Position numbers and translations under genes: made by a program. Under the pieces are notes generated by a model that did no database searches, was not told where the DNA came from, and saw only the letters and a program-made list of their open reading frames with translations. Of a stretch of 64,000 nt of DNA, positions 36,615 to 49,795 are shown in pieces. Source of the stretch: Ginglymostoma cirratum (lineage: Eukaryota). The stretch lies in assembly GCA_024137785.1 (NCBI GenBank), contig JAHRHZ010000098.1:16591563-16655562 (forward strand). Direction: 5' to 3'. Position 1 is the first letter of the stretch. Every line of letters begins with the position of its first letter.

Positions 36615-38528
36615 CTTTCATTTGGAAACTACATACATAATTTGCTTTTTCTTTAAAATATGGGCAGATTTTCAGATTTAGTTAAAATATAAAACCCCAA
36701 TCACTAATTCCATTTATGACTCAACTTTCAAGATAACTTCGGATACCTTTTAAGTGTAATTAACTGAACTTTGTTATAATTGTATTTACATCAGAGTTAT
36801 TACCAGTTCCTCAGTCAGATGTCCATTTATCTTACATTTAACACTTTAGCTTCCAAACAGAAGTCAGAGGCATGAAACTTAAAAATGATACCTTAAGACA
36901 CATGACTTCTAAGCCAGATTTTGCAACACTTTTCCAATTGACCCTTCTTGAATGCAACTGATGATGGGATCTTACCACTTGGGTCACTTTATAAACATCA
37001 GCAGAACCGGAACGCTGAAATCTGTTGTCCTGCAGAACTCAGAAACTCAAAAGTCAATTCAGTGCTTCTTCTCGAACAGTTTCGGATTAAGTTCTGCCAA
37101 TATTAGTGCACAAAAGATCTCTCCTCTGGTAACAAACTTCAAAATGAACATTGACTTCTGGAAGATGAATCATGTAAAATAAACAGACATATTCTGGCTC
37201 TATTCCTCATGCTATATGCAGGCACAAACACCATCAATGTGTTTAGCTCTGCTTGAAGTCAGGTTGGAATTCCAAGTGATAGGTTATTAAGTTAGACCCT
37301 GAGCTACTGTGACTGACTGCTGTCTTAATATGTGAAAGAGAATTAGAACCAGACATGCAGTTGCCATCTCCAACTTTATTGAACAGAGAAGTATTAGGCC
37401 ATTGCAGGGTCCAACCGGTGTGCTTCTACAGATTTTTAAGAAAATTCTCCTCACTTACATAAAAGAAAAGCAACCAGTTCAGGACTAGTAAAGTGATTGG
37501 AAATTGGTTTGAATTTTGTTTCATGTATGCATTTCTCCTGTGCCCAATTATGAAACTTGCAGAAGTGATTATACATGACTGTAATCTTTCTCGCTTGCTA
37601 ACAGAAAATTGGAAAAGTGCATCTGAATGCTTTGGCCTTTTTTCATTTTCCTTTCTGGCTATTTCTGTATAATGTCTGATTTGTGAGTAGAGAAAACTGG
37701 GTCATTGTCAACAGGGGCTCAATGATACAAAGGTTGACATCAGACATAATGAATACACGTTACAGTGCAGTAATACTGATGCAAAGATCAAATAGTTAAC
37801 AAAACAAAGCTTGATTAGGCAGCTTTCTTCCCCTCAAACTGTCATAAAGAAGAAAGGTTAACCAAGCCCTCCTTTTTTATTATAGGGCACAAGCTATTGA
37901 ATTGTAAGTTGCCCAGCTTCATTTTCCTATAAATTTATTTATAATGCTGAGATATATTTACAAAATCCCATGCACTAGCTCAGTTATAATATGAAATCTA
38001 ATTTTCAAAACAACAGTTTATTTTCCTTTTCTGCCAACTTTTTCTGAGGTTTAATAACCTCATCTAATTTACTATATCACAACATGATTAGCTCATGCTA
38101 TTGAATAACTCTTCTGCCAGTATACAGCTCAATAGTCTCTGCTTTCTACCGCTGGTATAAAAAGCATGAGACGTGCTGTGTTTTGAGTCATCCTGTAGCA
38201 TGAATTTCCAGATGAATAATGTCAAAATTCTGGATCGCAACTATTGCAGTACACAGCATCTTTATTAATATGTCACTCACTGGTACAAACTGATCTAAAG
38301 TGAGCCTGTGACCCCTTACCACAGTGTGGTGAAAGAATACAGCCGGTCTGCATTTATGGCCCATGTCATGTTTCCTTAAGATTAAAGCATGTATTTTAAC
38401 TTACTGCGTGTTGGAGAAGGACTACTTTTGTGCCAGCACTGAAATTGCCCAAGATAATGTTTTTCGCTTTGGCAATCGACAGTGACCATTCCAGCCCGAC
38501 ACAAGCACTGTCGACTGCCTGCATTTTT

Positions 38529-38545
38529 GCACTGCCACCTACTGT
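38529..38545 (-). promoter_or_regulatory. Candidate CTCF-binding motif
   Basis: Minus strand acagtaggtggcagtgc closely matches the CTCF core CCAGYAGRKGGCRS. Motif match only. Confidence 0.3.
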
Positions 38546-38573
38546 AGGGTTGAAGTGGCTTGACATGACAATA

Positions 38574-39891
38574 CAGGGAGTTCTGCTAAAACGTGTGTTT
38601 TGGCAACACAAATTTGGCTGTAACGCTACTGACAAATAGGGGAATGCTGTTTCTTAAATGCGAACGTGCGTTGGCTATAGCACGATTCCATCAGTGACCT
38701 TATTGTTGATATTTTGGAAGATATTTTTAGAAAATAACGCAGGAAGAAAGATTAGATTTCAAGATTCTCCTCATTCTGGATAATGGGCCAATCCATCCTC
38801 CCACGACTGGTGAACTTTCTGAAAACCTCAAAGTGCTTTTTCTACCCTCAAACACAACCTCTCTCTTTCAACCCATGGACCAGGGTGCAACAGCAGCTTT
38901 TAAAGCTTATTATTTATGGCGTGTATTTAAGAGGCTGCTTGAAGCTACGGAGGGGGATGAGGACAGTGTTCTTCAATTTTGGAAGGGTTTTAACATCAAG
39001 AATGCAATTGGGGTGATGTCAGTAAGGACTGCTTACATGCAGTTTGGTGGAAACTTCTCCTAGATTTTTTTCAAGATTTTAAAATCTTTGATCCATCCCA
39101 AGAATCAAAGAACATTGTGTTGATGTTGAAAGCAAGTTGGATTTGAAGTGGAGAGTGAGGATGTTGAAGAGCTGCTTGAGTCCCACTGTGAAGACCTCTC
39201 CAGCTGATCTACAACAACTTGGCACTGAGAGGGAAGTGGAAGCTGGAGATGAAGAAGATGAAGTCCAGGATGCAGCACCACGAGAGCTTTCCATGTCTGT
39301 TTTGTCTTCTATCCTGAGGGAAATTGAGAAGCAGTTGCAGCTCTTAGAGGACAACGATTACAATGTAGAATGCAGCAGGGTGTAGTAGTTTGTGGACTAA
39401 GATCTTATTTGGCACCTTATGAACCATTCCTTCATGAAAGAAGAAAAAGGGCAAAGCAGCAAAAACTGGATGTCTTTTTTAAGCCAACCCCCAATAAGAC
39501 AATGAGCCACAGCCGTCCACTTCAGGATTAACTATTTTTCACCCTAACCCTGCAACCACAGCTGCATCTGAAGGTGGTGATGATGATGATAATGACGACC
39601 CTCAGCACCTGTATTTAACAACAGAGCAACCCCAAAACCTCCCCTCCCATCAAGGTAAAATGTTAAATTTACTCTTATTTCATTATTAGATAGGAATTAA
39701 ACATTTATTCAAACTGTGCTATCCTTTGTGTTAGGCATTTGAGTGATTTTTGGATTATTTTGATTGATATTTTTTGGTGGTCTGCCCCTAACCCCATTTT
39801 TCCCGTAGGCCCCATTATTTCTATAGCGTGTTTTTCTATAAATGTGATGTTGCGCAGGAATGCAACTATTACGTTCTAGCAGAACCCCCTG
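38574..39891 (+). mobile_element. Tigger/pogo (Tc1-mariner) DNA transposon, internally deleted, with decayed DDE transposase
   Basis: TIRs cagggagttctgctaaaacg / cgttctagcagaaccccctg (18/20) flanked by TA. KILLILDNGPIHP...KVLFLPSNTTSLFQPMDQGATAAFKAYYL is the pogo DDE_1 signature, and the C-terminus reads KQQKLDVFFK. Confidence 0.92.
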
Positions 39892-40451
39892 TATAAAGAA
39901 TCCAGCAGAATAGGTCTGGAGAACTTCCCTTTCAGATTCTGTTCTGATAATTTTTTTAAAATGGTAATTTGATTGTCTAGGCTTTTAGCTTATAAGTCCA
40001 TTTGATGAATGAATGTCCGAAACGCACTTTCAAGCATAAATTTACGTCGGTCAAAAACACTAATTAAATTGATGTTGTTGCACCCAGTAAATACCAGAAT
40101 GCTGTGAGGAACCAGATTCTATTTTCATGAGTCAGAGATTTGTTAACTCATGATGAAGTCTTTTTCAGGAATAAAAATCAAGTTCACTGCTTTCTAATGA
40201 GTATTTTCAAAATGATAGCTGCTTGAGAACAGACAAACATTGACTTGGGACCGATGATGTCTGGAGAGACTAAATATTTCTGCTGATACTCAACTTCAGT
40301 GAGAATATGTTTAGTGTTTAGAGTGTGGCTAGCAATGCTTCCCCCAGTTTATGGATGAGTAGTGTTGCTTACTGTCTCATGTGAGGAGTTGTTTTACTTT
40401 ACATTATCTAAATGTGTACTCAGGGAGGACTGAAACCCATACCTAATGTGT

Positions 40452-40528
40452 GGTCCTGGCAAAGTGGTATTATTACTAGACTATTTATCCAGAAACTCAA
40501 CTAATGTATTGGCGACCTGGGTTTGAAT
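40452..40528 (+). mobile_element. tRNA-derived SINE head (family of 24210-24746) joined to a LINE body
   Basis: tggcaaagtggtattattactagactatttatccagaaactcaactaatgt...gacctgggtttgaat. Confidence 0.7.
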
Positions 40529-41808
40529 TGGCCAGGAATGCCCGGTACACAAAAACCACAACAGATCCAACCCAGCCAATTACTGCCCCATCAGTCTACT
40601 CTTGATCATCAGTAAAGTGATGGAAGATGTCATCAACGGTGCTATCAAGCAGCACCAGCTCAGCAATAACCTGCTCAGTGATGCCCAGTTTGGTTTCTGC
40701 CAGAGCTACTCAGCTCCTGACCTCACTACAGCCTTGACCCAAACATGGACAAAAGAGCTGAATTCCAGAGGTGAGCTAAGAGTGACAACCCTTGACATCA
40801 TGGATGTAATCAACTGAGTGTGGCATTAAGGAGCCCTAACAACACTCGAATCAATGGGTATTGGGGGAAAACTCTCTGGTGGTTGGAGTTATACCTGGCA
40901 TATAGGAAGATGGCTGTGGTTGTTGGAGGTTAATTATCTCAGCTCCAGGGCATCTCTGTAGGAGTTCCTCAGCCCAACCATCTTCAGCTGCTCCATCAAT
41001 GACCTTCCCTCGACAATAAGATCACAAGTGGGGATGTTCACCGATGATTGCACCAGGTTCAGCACCATTTGCGACTCCTCAGATACTGAAGCAGTCCGTG
41101 TTCAAATGCAACAAGATCTGGACAATATCCAGGCTGAGGCTGACAAGTGGCAAGTGACATTCGCGCCACACAAATGCCAGGCTATGACCATCACCAATAA
41201 GAGACAATGTAACCACCACCCCTCGACAGTCAACGGTGTTACCATCACTGAATCCCCCACTATCAACATCCCGGCGGTTACCATTGACCAGAAACTCAAC
41301 TGGACTCACCACGTAAACACAGTGGCTACAAGAACAGGTCAGAGGCTAGAAATACTGCAGCAAGTAACTCACCTGCTGACTCCCCAAAGCCTGTCCACCA
41401 TCTACAAGGCACAAGGCTGAAGAAGTGTGATGGAATACTCCCCACTTGCCTGGATGGGTGTGGCTCCAAAGGCACTCACGAAGCTTGACACCATCCAGGA
41501 CAAGACAGCCCACTTGATTGGCACTACACCCACAAGCATCCACTGCCTTCACCACCGCCGCTCAGTAGCAGCAGTGTGTAGTATCTACAAGATGCACTGC
41601 AGAAATTCACCAAAGATCCTCAGATAGCATCTTACAAACCCACGATCGCTTCCATCTAGAAGGGCAAGGGCAGCATATATACGGGAGCACCACCAACAGC
41701 AACTCAAGAAGGCAGCTCACCACCACCTTCTCAAGGGCAACTAGGGATGGGCAAGAAATGCTGGCCAGCCAGTGACGCACACATCCCACAAAAATGAATA
41801 AAACAAAA
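40526..41808 (+). mobile_element. 5'-truncated CR1/L2-group LINE (RT domain to 3' tail), pseudogenised
   Basis: PVHK...SNPANYCPISLL.IISKVME, QFGF, GVPQ (following GSVLG deleted), INDLP, MFTDD, WQVTFAPHKCQ, IYKAQ, MEYSPLAW. Tail gggcaactagggatgggc...acatcccac...gaataaaa. Confidence 0.92.
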
Positions 41809-44800
41809 CATACTCAGACGGGAGGCATGGAGTGGTGCTGAGTCTTCATGGCTTGACCAGTGATGGGAGGTATTGATATTCATGGGCAGGGCTGATACAA
41901 CCATCATGAAAGGTTGGCAGTAACAATACATGTTACATGTCCTGGCAGAATTAATCAAGGATACCTGGTAGTATGTTACAGCAATTCTAATTCATCTGGC
42001 TAGGATTGTAGTTATACGTTACCAGCAGAGTAAGCAGATCAGCTGGGTATAATGAAAACCATGCAGTGTGTTGAGTTCTAGAATGATTTGTATGAACAAG
42101 GCACCTGAAACAAGAGGTATCAGGTGGCTATCTGTTAGTGAGAATTCAGAACATCTGCAATGAATGCAGTATCAGCAAAGTGTTCAGTAACATCAGCGAG
42201 GTTACCTAACAGAGAGGAACCGTAGCTTTTGTATAATTACAAAGTTATCAGACTGCAAAATGTGAGAAATAGGCCAGTAAGGAAAGTATCACAGTTCAAC
42301 AAGTGATGACAAATATTTAATTCACTATTAAGCTTTCCATTATGAAAGTATTAACCGAACTTTGACATTATGCCCTGTTTCAGCAAGTCCTGCCCCATTT
42401 TGTTTAATGTCTGGCTCAGAGGAAAGTTGCCTGTTTCACAGTTAGCTAATTGAAATGCAGCCCTTTCACTGAACTCACAATGTGCAGCTTGAGTCAGGAT
42501 TAGATTTATAGCAGGTATCGTTCTAAGATCCTGTCTAGATTGTGGACCATTGAATTATTTTTATTTTAGGCTAATTAGGTACAGTGGCTACTTTGTTTCG
42601 AAGGCCAGTACTTTCCACAAAGAACACTAGCGATGTCCATTGAATCTTAAACAGTTGTGTACAACAGTTTGGAGAAGTGCCCTTCTGAACGAAGACCGAT
42701 GGTTTTGAATTTCTGCAGCCAGTGTTCTGCTGCTGCATCTTATTCAGCCGCCTACACTGGGAGGAATGTATGATCTACTTATCAACTTCAATCTTCTTAG
42801 AATCAAAGGGAATGGCACCTGAAACCAACTGGCTGCAAGAGCTGGAGATAATTATTTGTGAGTTCGAGCCTGCTCATTTGCCCAATGCTGAACGTACTCG
42901 CTCAAACTGAGGTCAAAAGTTGCTTCAAGCGTAACTTCATTGCAGAGTTGGAAATTCCTGTGATGCTTGGCAGTGAGATACCCCCCTTTGATTTTCACGA
43001 GCTGGGTTATTGTGTTAAATTCCTACATTTCTTCAGACAAAACAGTCAAATGATAAAGTGCAGGACCTCTCGGTAGTGCTGACATTGTGCTTCTGGTAGT
43101 TTCCTTAGATCTACCCAGCTGTTCCAGTTTAAATAACACCCTAGCTGAGCATTCATGCCCATCGCATGTCGGTGAAATTCCCTATAAGCAGCTAATTGCA
43201 TTTCGGAAGCCCAAAAAAATTCAAGTTGCCTTAAAAAGATATCTTTTTTTCGCTGTTTCTTTATTGAATTTGAAGGAAAATTGTGTCCACACCCCCCACA
43301 CTCTGTCCTATTGGATCATGTTCTAAAAATTGTATCCAATTAGCCACTTTGGATACATTCAATCAAGGCCAGGAACAATAGGTCCAAAACTGCAACCTCG
43401 CAGAGGAAGAAACTTCTTCTAGTCATCCCTTTCATATTGCTGCTGTTTAACTCTGGAGACCCACAGCACTGTAGAGGAAATGGAGGGCTGTAGGCAGTCA
43501 AGCTAGACCTAATGTGTTTTCTTTTGCCTGCTACTTTAACCATGCTGTTGATGAATCCACACTGTAATACAAACAAAAGTGAAGAAGGATCATCTACACC
43601 TTTATAATGCTGAAAGGATATCAATATTGCAGTGGTGAGCAAGTCATTAATAGGACTTGAGGACATCAGCATAAAATTAGCAAGCCACAAGCAAGATTGG
43701 AGATTAGTAGAATTTTATTTTCTCCCTCTGCGTGTACAATGCATTTGTGGAATAGTCTCCAACTAAAGTAGTTAATCCGATGTGATTAGTTCCCTTATTA
43801 TGACACTCTATGAAGAATCCCCTTGATCTTGGAATGTGTTAGTTAATTGATCATTTACTTTGTAATACATGGTGCAACATTATATTCAGATGGCAGCAGG
43901 GAGGAAAGCCATTGCAATGTAACTGGGTCCAAGTCCTATAATGGATAACTGAATGGTGTACCAATATTTGTCCTGCAAAGAAAAAGCCAGACTAACTGAC
44001 TAATCAATGGGACGATGTGGAAGTGGCTGCTATCTGATTAGAAAAACGGATGTTTTTACCACTTTAAGCTCAAGAATTCTCATTTGGCAATGTTCTAACT
44101 CTCATACTACAGATAATTCCTGGGGCAGAGGTTTTCATTTGGTTGTGCTGCTCTTTTCCAGCACGTGTTGTGCAATTGACTATGTAAGTTAGAAACAGTG
44201 AGTTTGAAATTGGCCACACCCACAAAAGTAGTCATTCCTCCAAGGCCACTGTGCATTCCTGACACAGCAGCTCAATAAATTTTCAGGCCCAAGGACACGA
44301 GTTGGCACATTTTAAACATGTTTACATAGTTTACTAAGAAGCTGTCTCCTGTCCAGCAATATAACTAGCAAGTTGTACTGTACAGTTTTAGTAGTCATTT
44401 CCAGTTGTTTGGTTTCAGATTATTCATAGGAGTTGGATTTAAAGCAGATTTGGACTGTCTATTTTTGTGAAAAAGCCATTTACAGTATTAAGAAAACTGC
44501 ACCTCAAGTTACCAAACTTAAGTGTGTCAAGGATAAATTAGGAATATCTTTTATTGCAAAAAGGTTTTTGGTGAAATTATATTCTGAAACACTGGCTGTG
44601 CTGGTTAATGGAGATTTTGTATTTGGTGATATCTGATATTTGGCTTTGGTTGGAAACTGAAGAAAGAAAGGATGTTCAAAGCTGATGCAATGTGGGGCTA
44701 GATCACCAATTCTGCCGCAGGCAGAAACCGTGGTTGGCCTTAACTGGCATTGTGAACAACCCTATTTGATACATTTTCTTTGCTTCTTTCTTTTCTGTTT

Positions 44801-45669
44801 GGTGGAAGCTGGTCTGTGTGTTTCAAAAGGAATGCTCTGGAGGAAGTTTTTGTTTGTAATCAGTGTTTGGTGCAATTGTGACAGGCTTTTGACAACTTGG
44901 TTAAGACCTTCAAAATGAATAAATCTCCTGTGGCCGCTTAAATGCAGGATACATAGACTCAAGCTATTTATGTTCCTGTATGTATGTACTGAGGTCGTGG
45001 AGATTGTTGATGCCTGCAAAATGTCTCAGAATATTTTTGCTGGCATGTGGATTAGTTTAGCTCTGAGCTTGGATTACTGTTGTTATATTTTTATTTTATT
45101 ATATATCAAAATATTGTTGTATGCTAAGAATGTGCAACTATAATTCTGCATCCCAACTTGTCTAACTTTTACATTCCTCACGTCTCTACATTGTTAGTCC
45201 AAAGTCCAGTCTTGAATGAGCTAGAGTTTGCTTTAGGTAAATATTAGAAAGACTGAAATGATCGCCTTTGGCCCACACCCAGATCTCTGCGCATTTGCCA
45301 CCAATTCCCACACCTTGGGGCTACTATTTTAGGTTGAACCAGCTTGCCAGCACTCCATCTTATTGAATAGACTTTGAGAAAAAGCAGGGAAATGGAATTA
45401 GCAGCAGAGTTCTTCCAAAGAGCCAACACAAGTTTCATAAGCCTCAATTGAATCCAAAGTGAATTTCTGTCTCCACATCTGATCCAACACACAGATTCAT
45501 GTGATACATCTCTGTAACATTGTCTTCCTCTGTTGAAATTCTTATCTGTGTTTTTGACCCTTCCAGACTCTGCACTGTTCTCATTTTAAGGGATTAAATT
45601 GAGGACAGGCTGCATAAACTTAGCTTCTATTTGCTGCAAACAACCATTTTGAGGAGTAATAATTGCAGT

Positions 45670-45920
45670 ACCTAAATTGTCAGAAGGATTTGATATTGTT
45701 GGTATAGAAAACTTAATTGCACCTGTAGTGAAATTGAGAACAAAAGGAGATCTTAAAATTAGAGTTAGGCCATTCAGGAGAAAAATCAGGAAGCAATTTT
45801 TCATGCAAAAAAATCATGTAAATTTGGAGCAATCTACCTCCAATGGTTGTAACTGCTGAGATGTGTAAAGAAAACTCAATTATTATGTAGTTGAATGGCC
45901 TACTCCTGTTTTCTGTTCCT
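45670..45920 (+). mobile_element. Old CR1 3' fragment
   Basis: LKIRVRPFRRKIRKQFFMQ, with tail gttgaatggcctactcctgtt. Confidence 0.65.
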
Positions 45921-47249
45921 TAAACATTAATGTCCCAAGTTTCAATTAACTATTTTTGAGGTTAGATTGTTTTCCGTTTGGTGCAATGAGTCAACTGATG
46001 ATAAGGTACTGGTCCTAGATTTGTGTAGAATTTGTCCCATCTCCATCCATTACTGTGGTATGAGGTTAGCTGAATTGCCAGAAAAAACACAGCAAAAATA
46101 ACCACTGCTACTTTCCTGCAGACTCAAACCTCCCCTTGAAGTTACAGCAGAGAACAGGGGGACACCAGGGAATTTCCGGAACTGTAGTTTTGATTGTTTT
46201 GTTTGGATCTTTATTAGGAGAGTTCAGCCTATGTGAATCTGTCTCTTCTACTTCAGTAGACTGTTTAATGAGTATTAGTTGCAAGTTGACCCAAGTGTTA
46301 GTATTGATTAATATTCTTCAAGGAGACAAAATTAATCATTTGGGATTGCTTACCAAGTTGGTGAAAGGGTTGAGGCTATCACTCATTATAGCAGAGATGA
46401 TGTTTTATGAGTGTAAATACTACATGAGAGAGATCTGTCATTTTTTAAAAATGTCTTTTTAGTTAATCCTATTTGACTGACAGCTTTGTCTGTTGTAAAA
46501 TCATTGCTTTTGATGACGTTCCAGTTTGCAGTTAGAAGCAGTGAGATGGTATACATAGTGTATCATCTCAAGGCACCTTCACTAAAGCTGTGCCTTTCTG
46601 CGCAGTGATTGAGCTAGTGTGGTTTATACTTAGCTCTTCCTCACAGTTGTGTTTGAGATTTCCAGAATTGATGAAAGTTTTGAAATTCTAATTCTGAAAT
46701 GGATTCAAGTCTTTCTTGACTGTAATGTAGTGAAATCTGCTGATTTTGAGCTTGTTCCTATTTAACATTAGTATCTAATAAATCTGATTAATGCTTTACA
46801 CAGAGTGAGAAAGTTTACTGGAATATTATTTGTCCATCAGCTGGAGAGATTATGAGAATATGAGACAACATTTCTTATTTTCATGAGCTTATGCAGGCAT
46901 CTGATGTTCATTTTACAAATACTGATATGGGTTGGCGAAATTGTTTTGCCTTTTTCTATGTTCTTAGTTGATATCCGTTTCAGTGTTAGTACCAGTGCAA
47001 TGTAATGACCGTGAATGCATTTTGAAAGGAAGCCACAACAGCACTTTGCCGCCAAACTGTCTGGCAGTGGTATAACTGGCATTGGGATAACATTTTAACA
47101 AGGTTAGGGAGGGGACAGGCAGGGGAACCAAAGCTAGCACTGTTGGATGATGGGGAAATGGAGAATTAATTAGGCAAAAAAGTAAGTTTTATGATGCTTG
47201 GAATTCTTCAGGTGAAAATGTAATCAAATACAACAAGTTGAGAGAGGAA

Positions 47250-48165
47250 TATTTTTCTTCATCCTTTTACGGAATACGGTCATTTCTGCCGAGGATGACA
47301 TTTGTTGCCCATTATGAGGTGCCCTTGGAAAGGTGATGGCGATCTGCCTTTCTGATCTAATGCAATCCTTGTGGCATAGGGACAGAATAGGAGCCCCAGG
47401 ATTTAGATCCAATGATAGTGAGAGGATAGTGATATGGTTCTTAGGCAGGATAGCACATGGTGTGGAGGGGATTTTGTTGGTAGCATTGTTCTGATGTATC
47501 TCCTGACATTTTCCTTCTAAGTGGGAGAGATCTTGTGTTTAGATGGTGCTTTTGGAAGGCAAAATTGATGAGGCAATTGAACCTTGATGAGGCACTGCAG
47601 TACACCTTGTATCTAATGCACATTGCTGCCGCCATGCATCAGTAATTAAGGATGTAAATGTTAAGATTGGCAGATGGGGTGTGAATCAAGTAGGCTGCTT
47701 TGTTCTACACATAGCCGGGTTTCTTGAATGTAATTGGAGCTGCATTCACCCAGGTTAGTGGAACGTATTCCATCACATTTTTGACTAGTGCTTTGTAGAT
47801 GCTGGCTTGGCTTTTGAGAGCCCAAGAAGAGGGCTTCAGAATTCTTCTTTCAGATTTCCCAATCTCTGACCCGTTGTTAAAACTATAGTATATTTATGGT
47901 TTCTGCAGTTTGGTTTCTGGTTAATGGTAACTTAGTGGGGGATTCAGCAATGTAATGTCACTGAATGTCAAGGTGTGGAGGTGCTGGAGTTGGACTGGGG
48001 CGGACACATTCAGAAATCACATGGCACCAGCTTATAGTTCAACAGGTTTATTTGAAAACACAAGTTTTTGGAGCCTCAGTCCTCCTTAAAGTATCAAGGG
48101 AGATGTTGTGCTCTGTCTTGTCAGAGATGGTCATTGCTTGGCACTTGTGTGGTGCAAATGTCAAG
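47250..48165 (-). mobile_element. Decayed copy of the 40526-type LINE (3' about 0.8 kb), interrupted at about 47974-48090
   Basis: gatggtcattgcttggcacttgtgtggtgcaaatgt (minus strand FAPHKCQAMTI), ggaacgtattccatcaca (MEY), and tail tttttcttcatcc...catttgttgccca. Confidence 0.75.
47974..48090 (-). mobile_element. PLE pLTR-type short element, family C, decayed
   Basis: tgtggaggtgc.gg.gttggactgggg.ggaca...caccagcttatagttcaacaggtttatttgaaaacacaag, homologous to 36490-36614. Confidence 0.7.
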
Positions 48166-48199
48166 AATGTCAAATGAAGATAAGACTGGTAAAGAGAAA

Positions 48200-49270
48200 A
48201 TATGAGAACACAATGGCTGGAAATCCTGAGGCAAATAACTAACTTGCTCTCCTAAAGGTAACCTAAAAATCCTAATGTAAATAGGAAGAAAGTGGTAAGG
48301 GCCACGAAGGAGCCTATTAGGTACAAAGGAAGTGATTCACAATTGAAGGTGCTGAGCAGGTGTATTGGTGTTTACTGGGGATGAGGACGCTGAGAAAATA
48401 TCTGTAGAATAGAATACAGTGGAGCTAATGGATGGGGGATAATTGATACGCGGTATGTACTGGCAAGACTGACTATGCTCAGGATGACCTACATCCTAGA
48501 TTGCTAAGCGATGTAATGGAAGGCTTGTCGTTATCTTCTCCAGATATGAGGGAGGTGCCAGAGATTTAAAGAGTGGCTAACGTGACATCTTTATTCAAAT
48601 AAGGATGTTAATTCCTAATAACTGCATGTCAGTCAGTTAAATGTCAGTGATGAGTAAAGATTTAGAAATAGTAATCAAGGAAATAATTAGGATGTTCTTT
48701 GAGAGGTTTAAGCTAAGAAAAGCAGCGCAGATTTGTTACAGAGATTGTATTTAACTAATACGATTGAATTCTTTGATGAAGTAACAGAAAAGGTTGAAGC
48801 AAATCAAATGAATGCTTTCTATCTGGGTTTAATAAGGTACCACATAAAAGACTGGCTGTGATATTTGAGGGTCAGAGAATAGAAGAGTCAAAAAATTTGC
48901 TGAAGAACAGAGACAGCAGACTATTGTAAATGGGTTTTGTTCATGCTGGAGGAGGCAGAAAGAACTGCTCCCCAATTCTCAGTGCTGCCCATTTGTGTTT
49001 TAATATACTTGTGTACAAATCAATTGGATACTGGAAGGCAGAGTAAAATTTCTGAATTTGCCAAAAAGGCCAAACTTGGTCTCAACTATAACAGACCAGA
49101 GATAGGCTAGAAGAATGAGTAGACAAATGGCGAATGGAATTTAATACTGAGAACTAAGTGTAAAGTGACAGAATTTAACAGAAGGAATAAAGACAGACAA
49201 AATGGACTTAATGGCACGGTTCTAAAGGCAGGGATAGAGGGATCTGGCAGTTCTTGCACATAGATGGATA
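48200..49270 (+). mobile_element. Old CR1 ORF2 (RT) fragment
   Basis: Remnants of LHPRLL, VANVTSLFK, LTNTIEFFDEVTEKV, KVPHKRL, ISEFA..KL and KWRMEFNTE. Confidence 0.75.
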
Positions 49271-49324
49271 TGACAGGTCAAATAGCCTCCTTCATCAGTT
49301 TCCAACCTTCTCCAATAGTGACTT

Positions 49325-49638
49325 GGGGGCGGCACGGTGGCACAGTGGTTAGCACTACTGCCTCATAGCACCAGGGACCTGGATTTGATTCCACCCTTGG
49401 GCAACTGTCTGTGTGGAGTTTGCACATTCTCCCTGTGTCTGTGTGGGTTTGCTCCGGTTTCCTCCCACAGTCCAAAGATGTGCAGGTTAGGTTGTTTGGC
49501 CAAGCTAAATTGCCCGTAGTGTTCAGGGAGGTGTAGATTAGGTGTGTTATGGGGGATGGGTCTGGGTGGGATGCTCTGAGGTTCAGTGTGGACTTGTTGG
49601 GCCAAAGGGCCTGTTTCCACACTGTAGGGATTCTATCT
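49325..49638 (+). mobile_element. HE1-type V-SINE, full length
   Basis: ggcggcacggtggcacagtggttagcact (A box), ggatttgattcc (mutated B box), V domain tgtgtggagtttgcacattctccc...ggtttcctcccacagtccaaagatgtgc, and CR1-like tail gggcctgtttccacactgtagggattcta. Confidence 0.95.
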
Positions 49639-49795
49639 AACTTTAATTATCAGATCTAGATTATATGCCGAGGATACTATTTTTGATCTGCACAGCACAA
49701 GTGTAAAGCACCCTGACCTACTTTGTTGAACAAAAAACATTTGGCCCAAACTTTTCTCCTTACTATTTCGAAGTGACGGACTATTTCGTAACATT

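Noticed and set aside
36976-37029. 54-nt minus-strand micro-exon candidate (DNRFQRSGSADVYKVTQV) with ag/gtaag ends
   Set aside because: Short enough to arise by chance, with no partner exons or recognisable homology.
41028-41627. 130-aa and 66-aa ORFs as a host gene
   Set aside because: They are fragments of a LINE reverse transcriptase broken by stops and a deleted QG motif.
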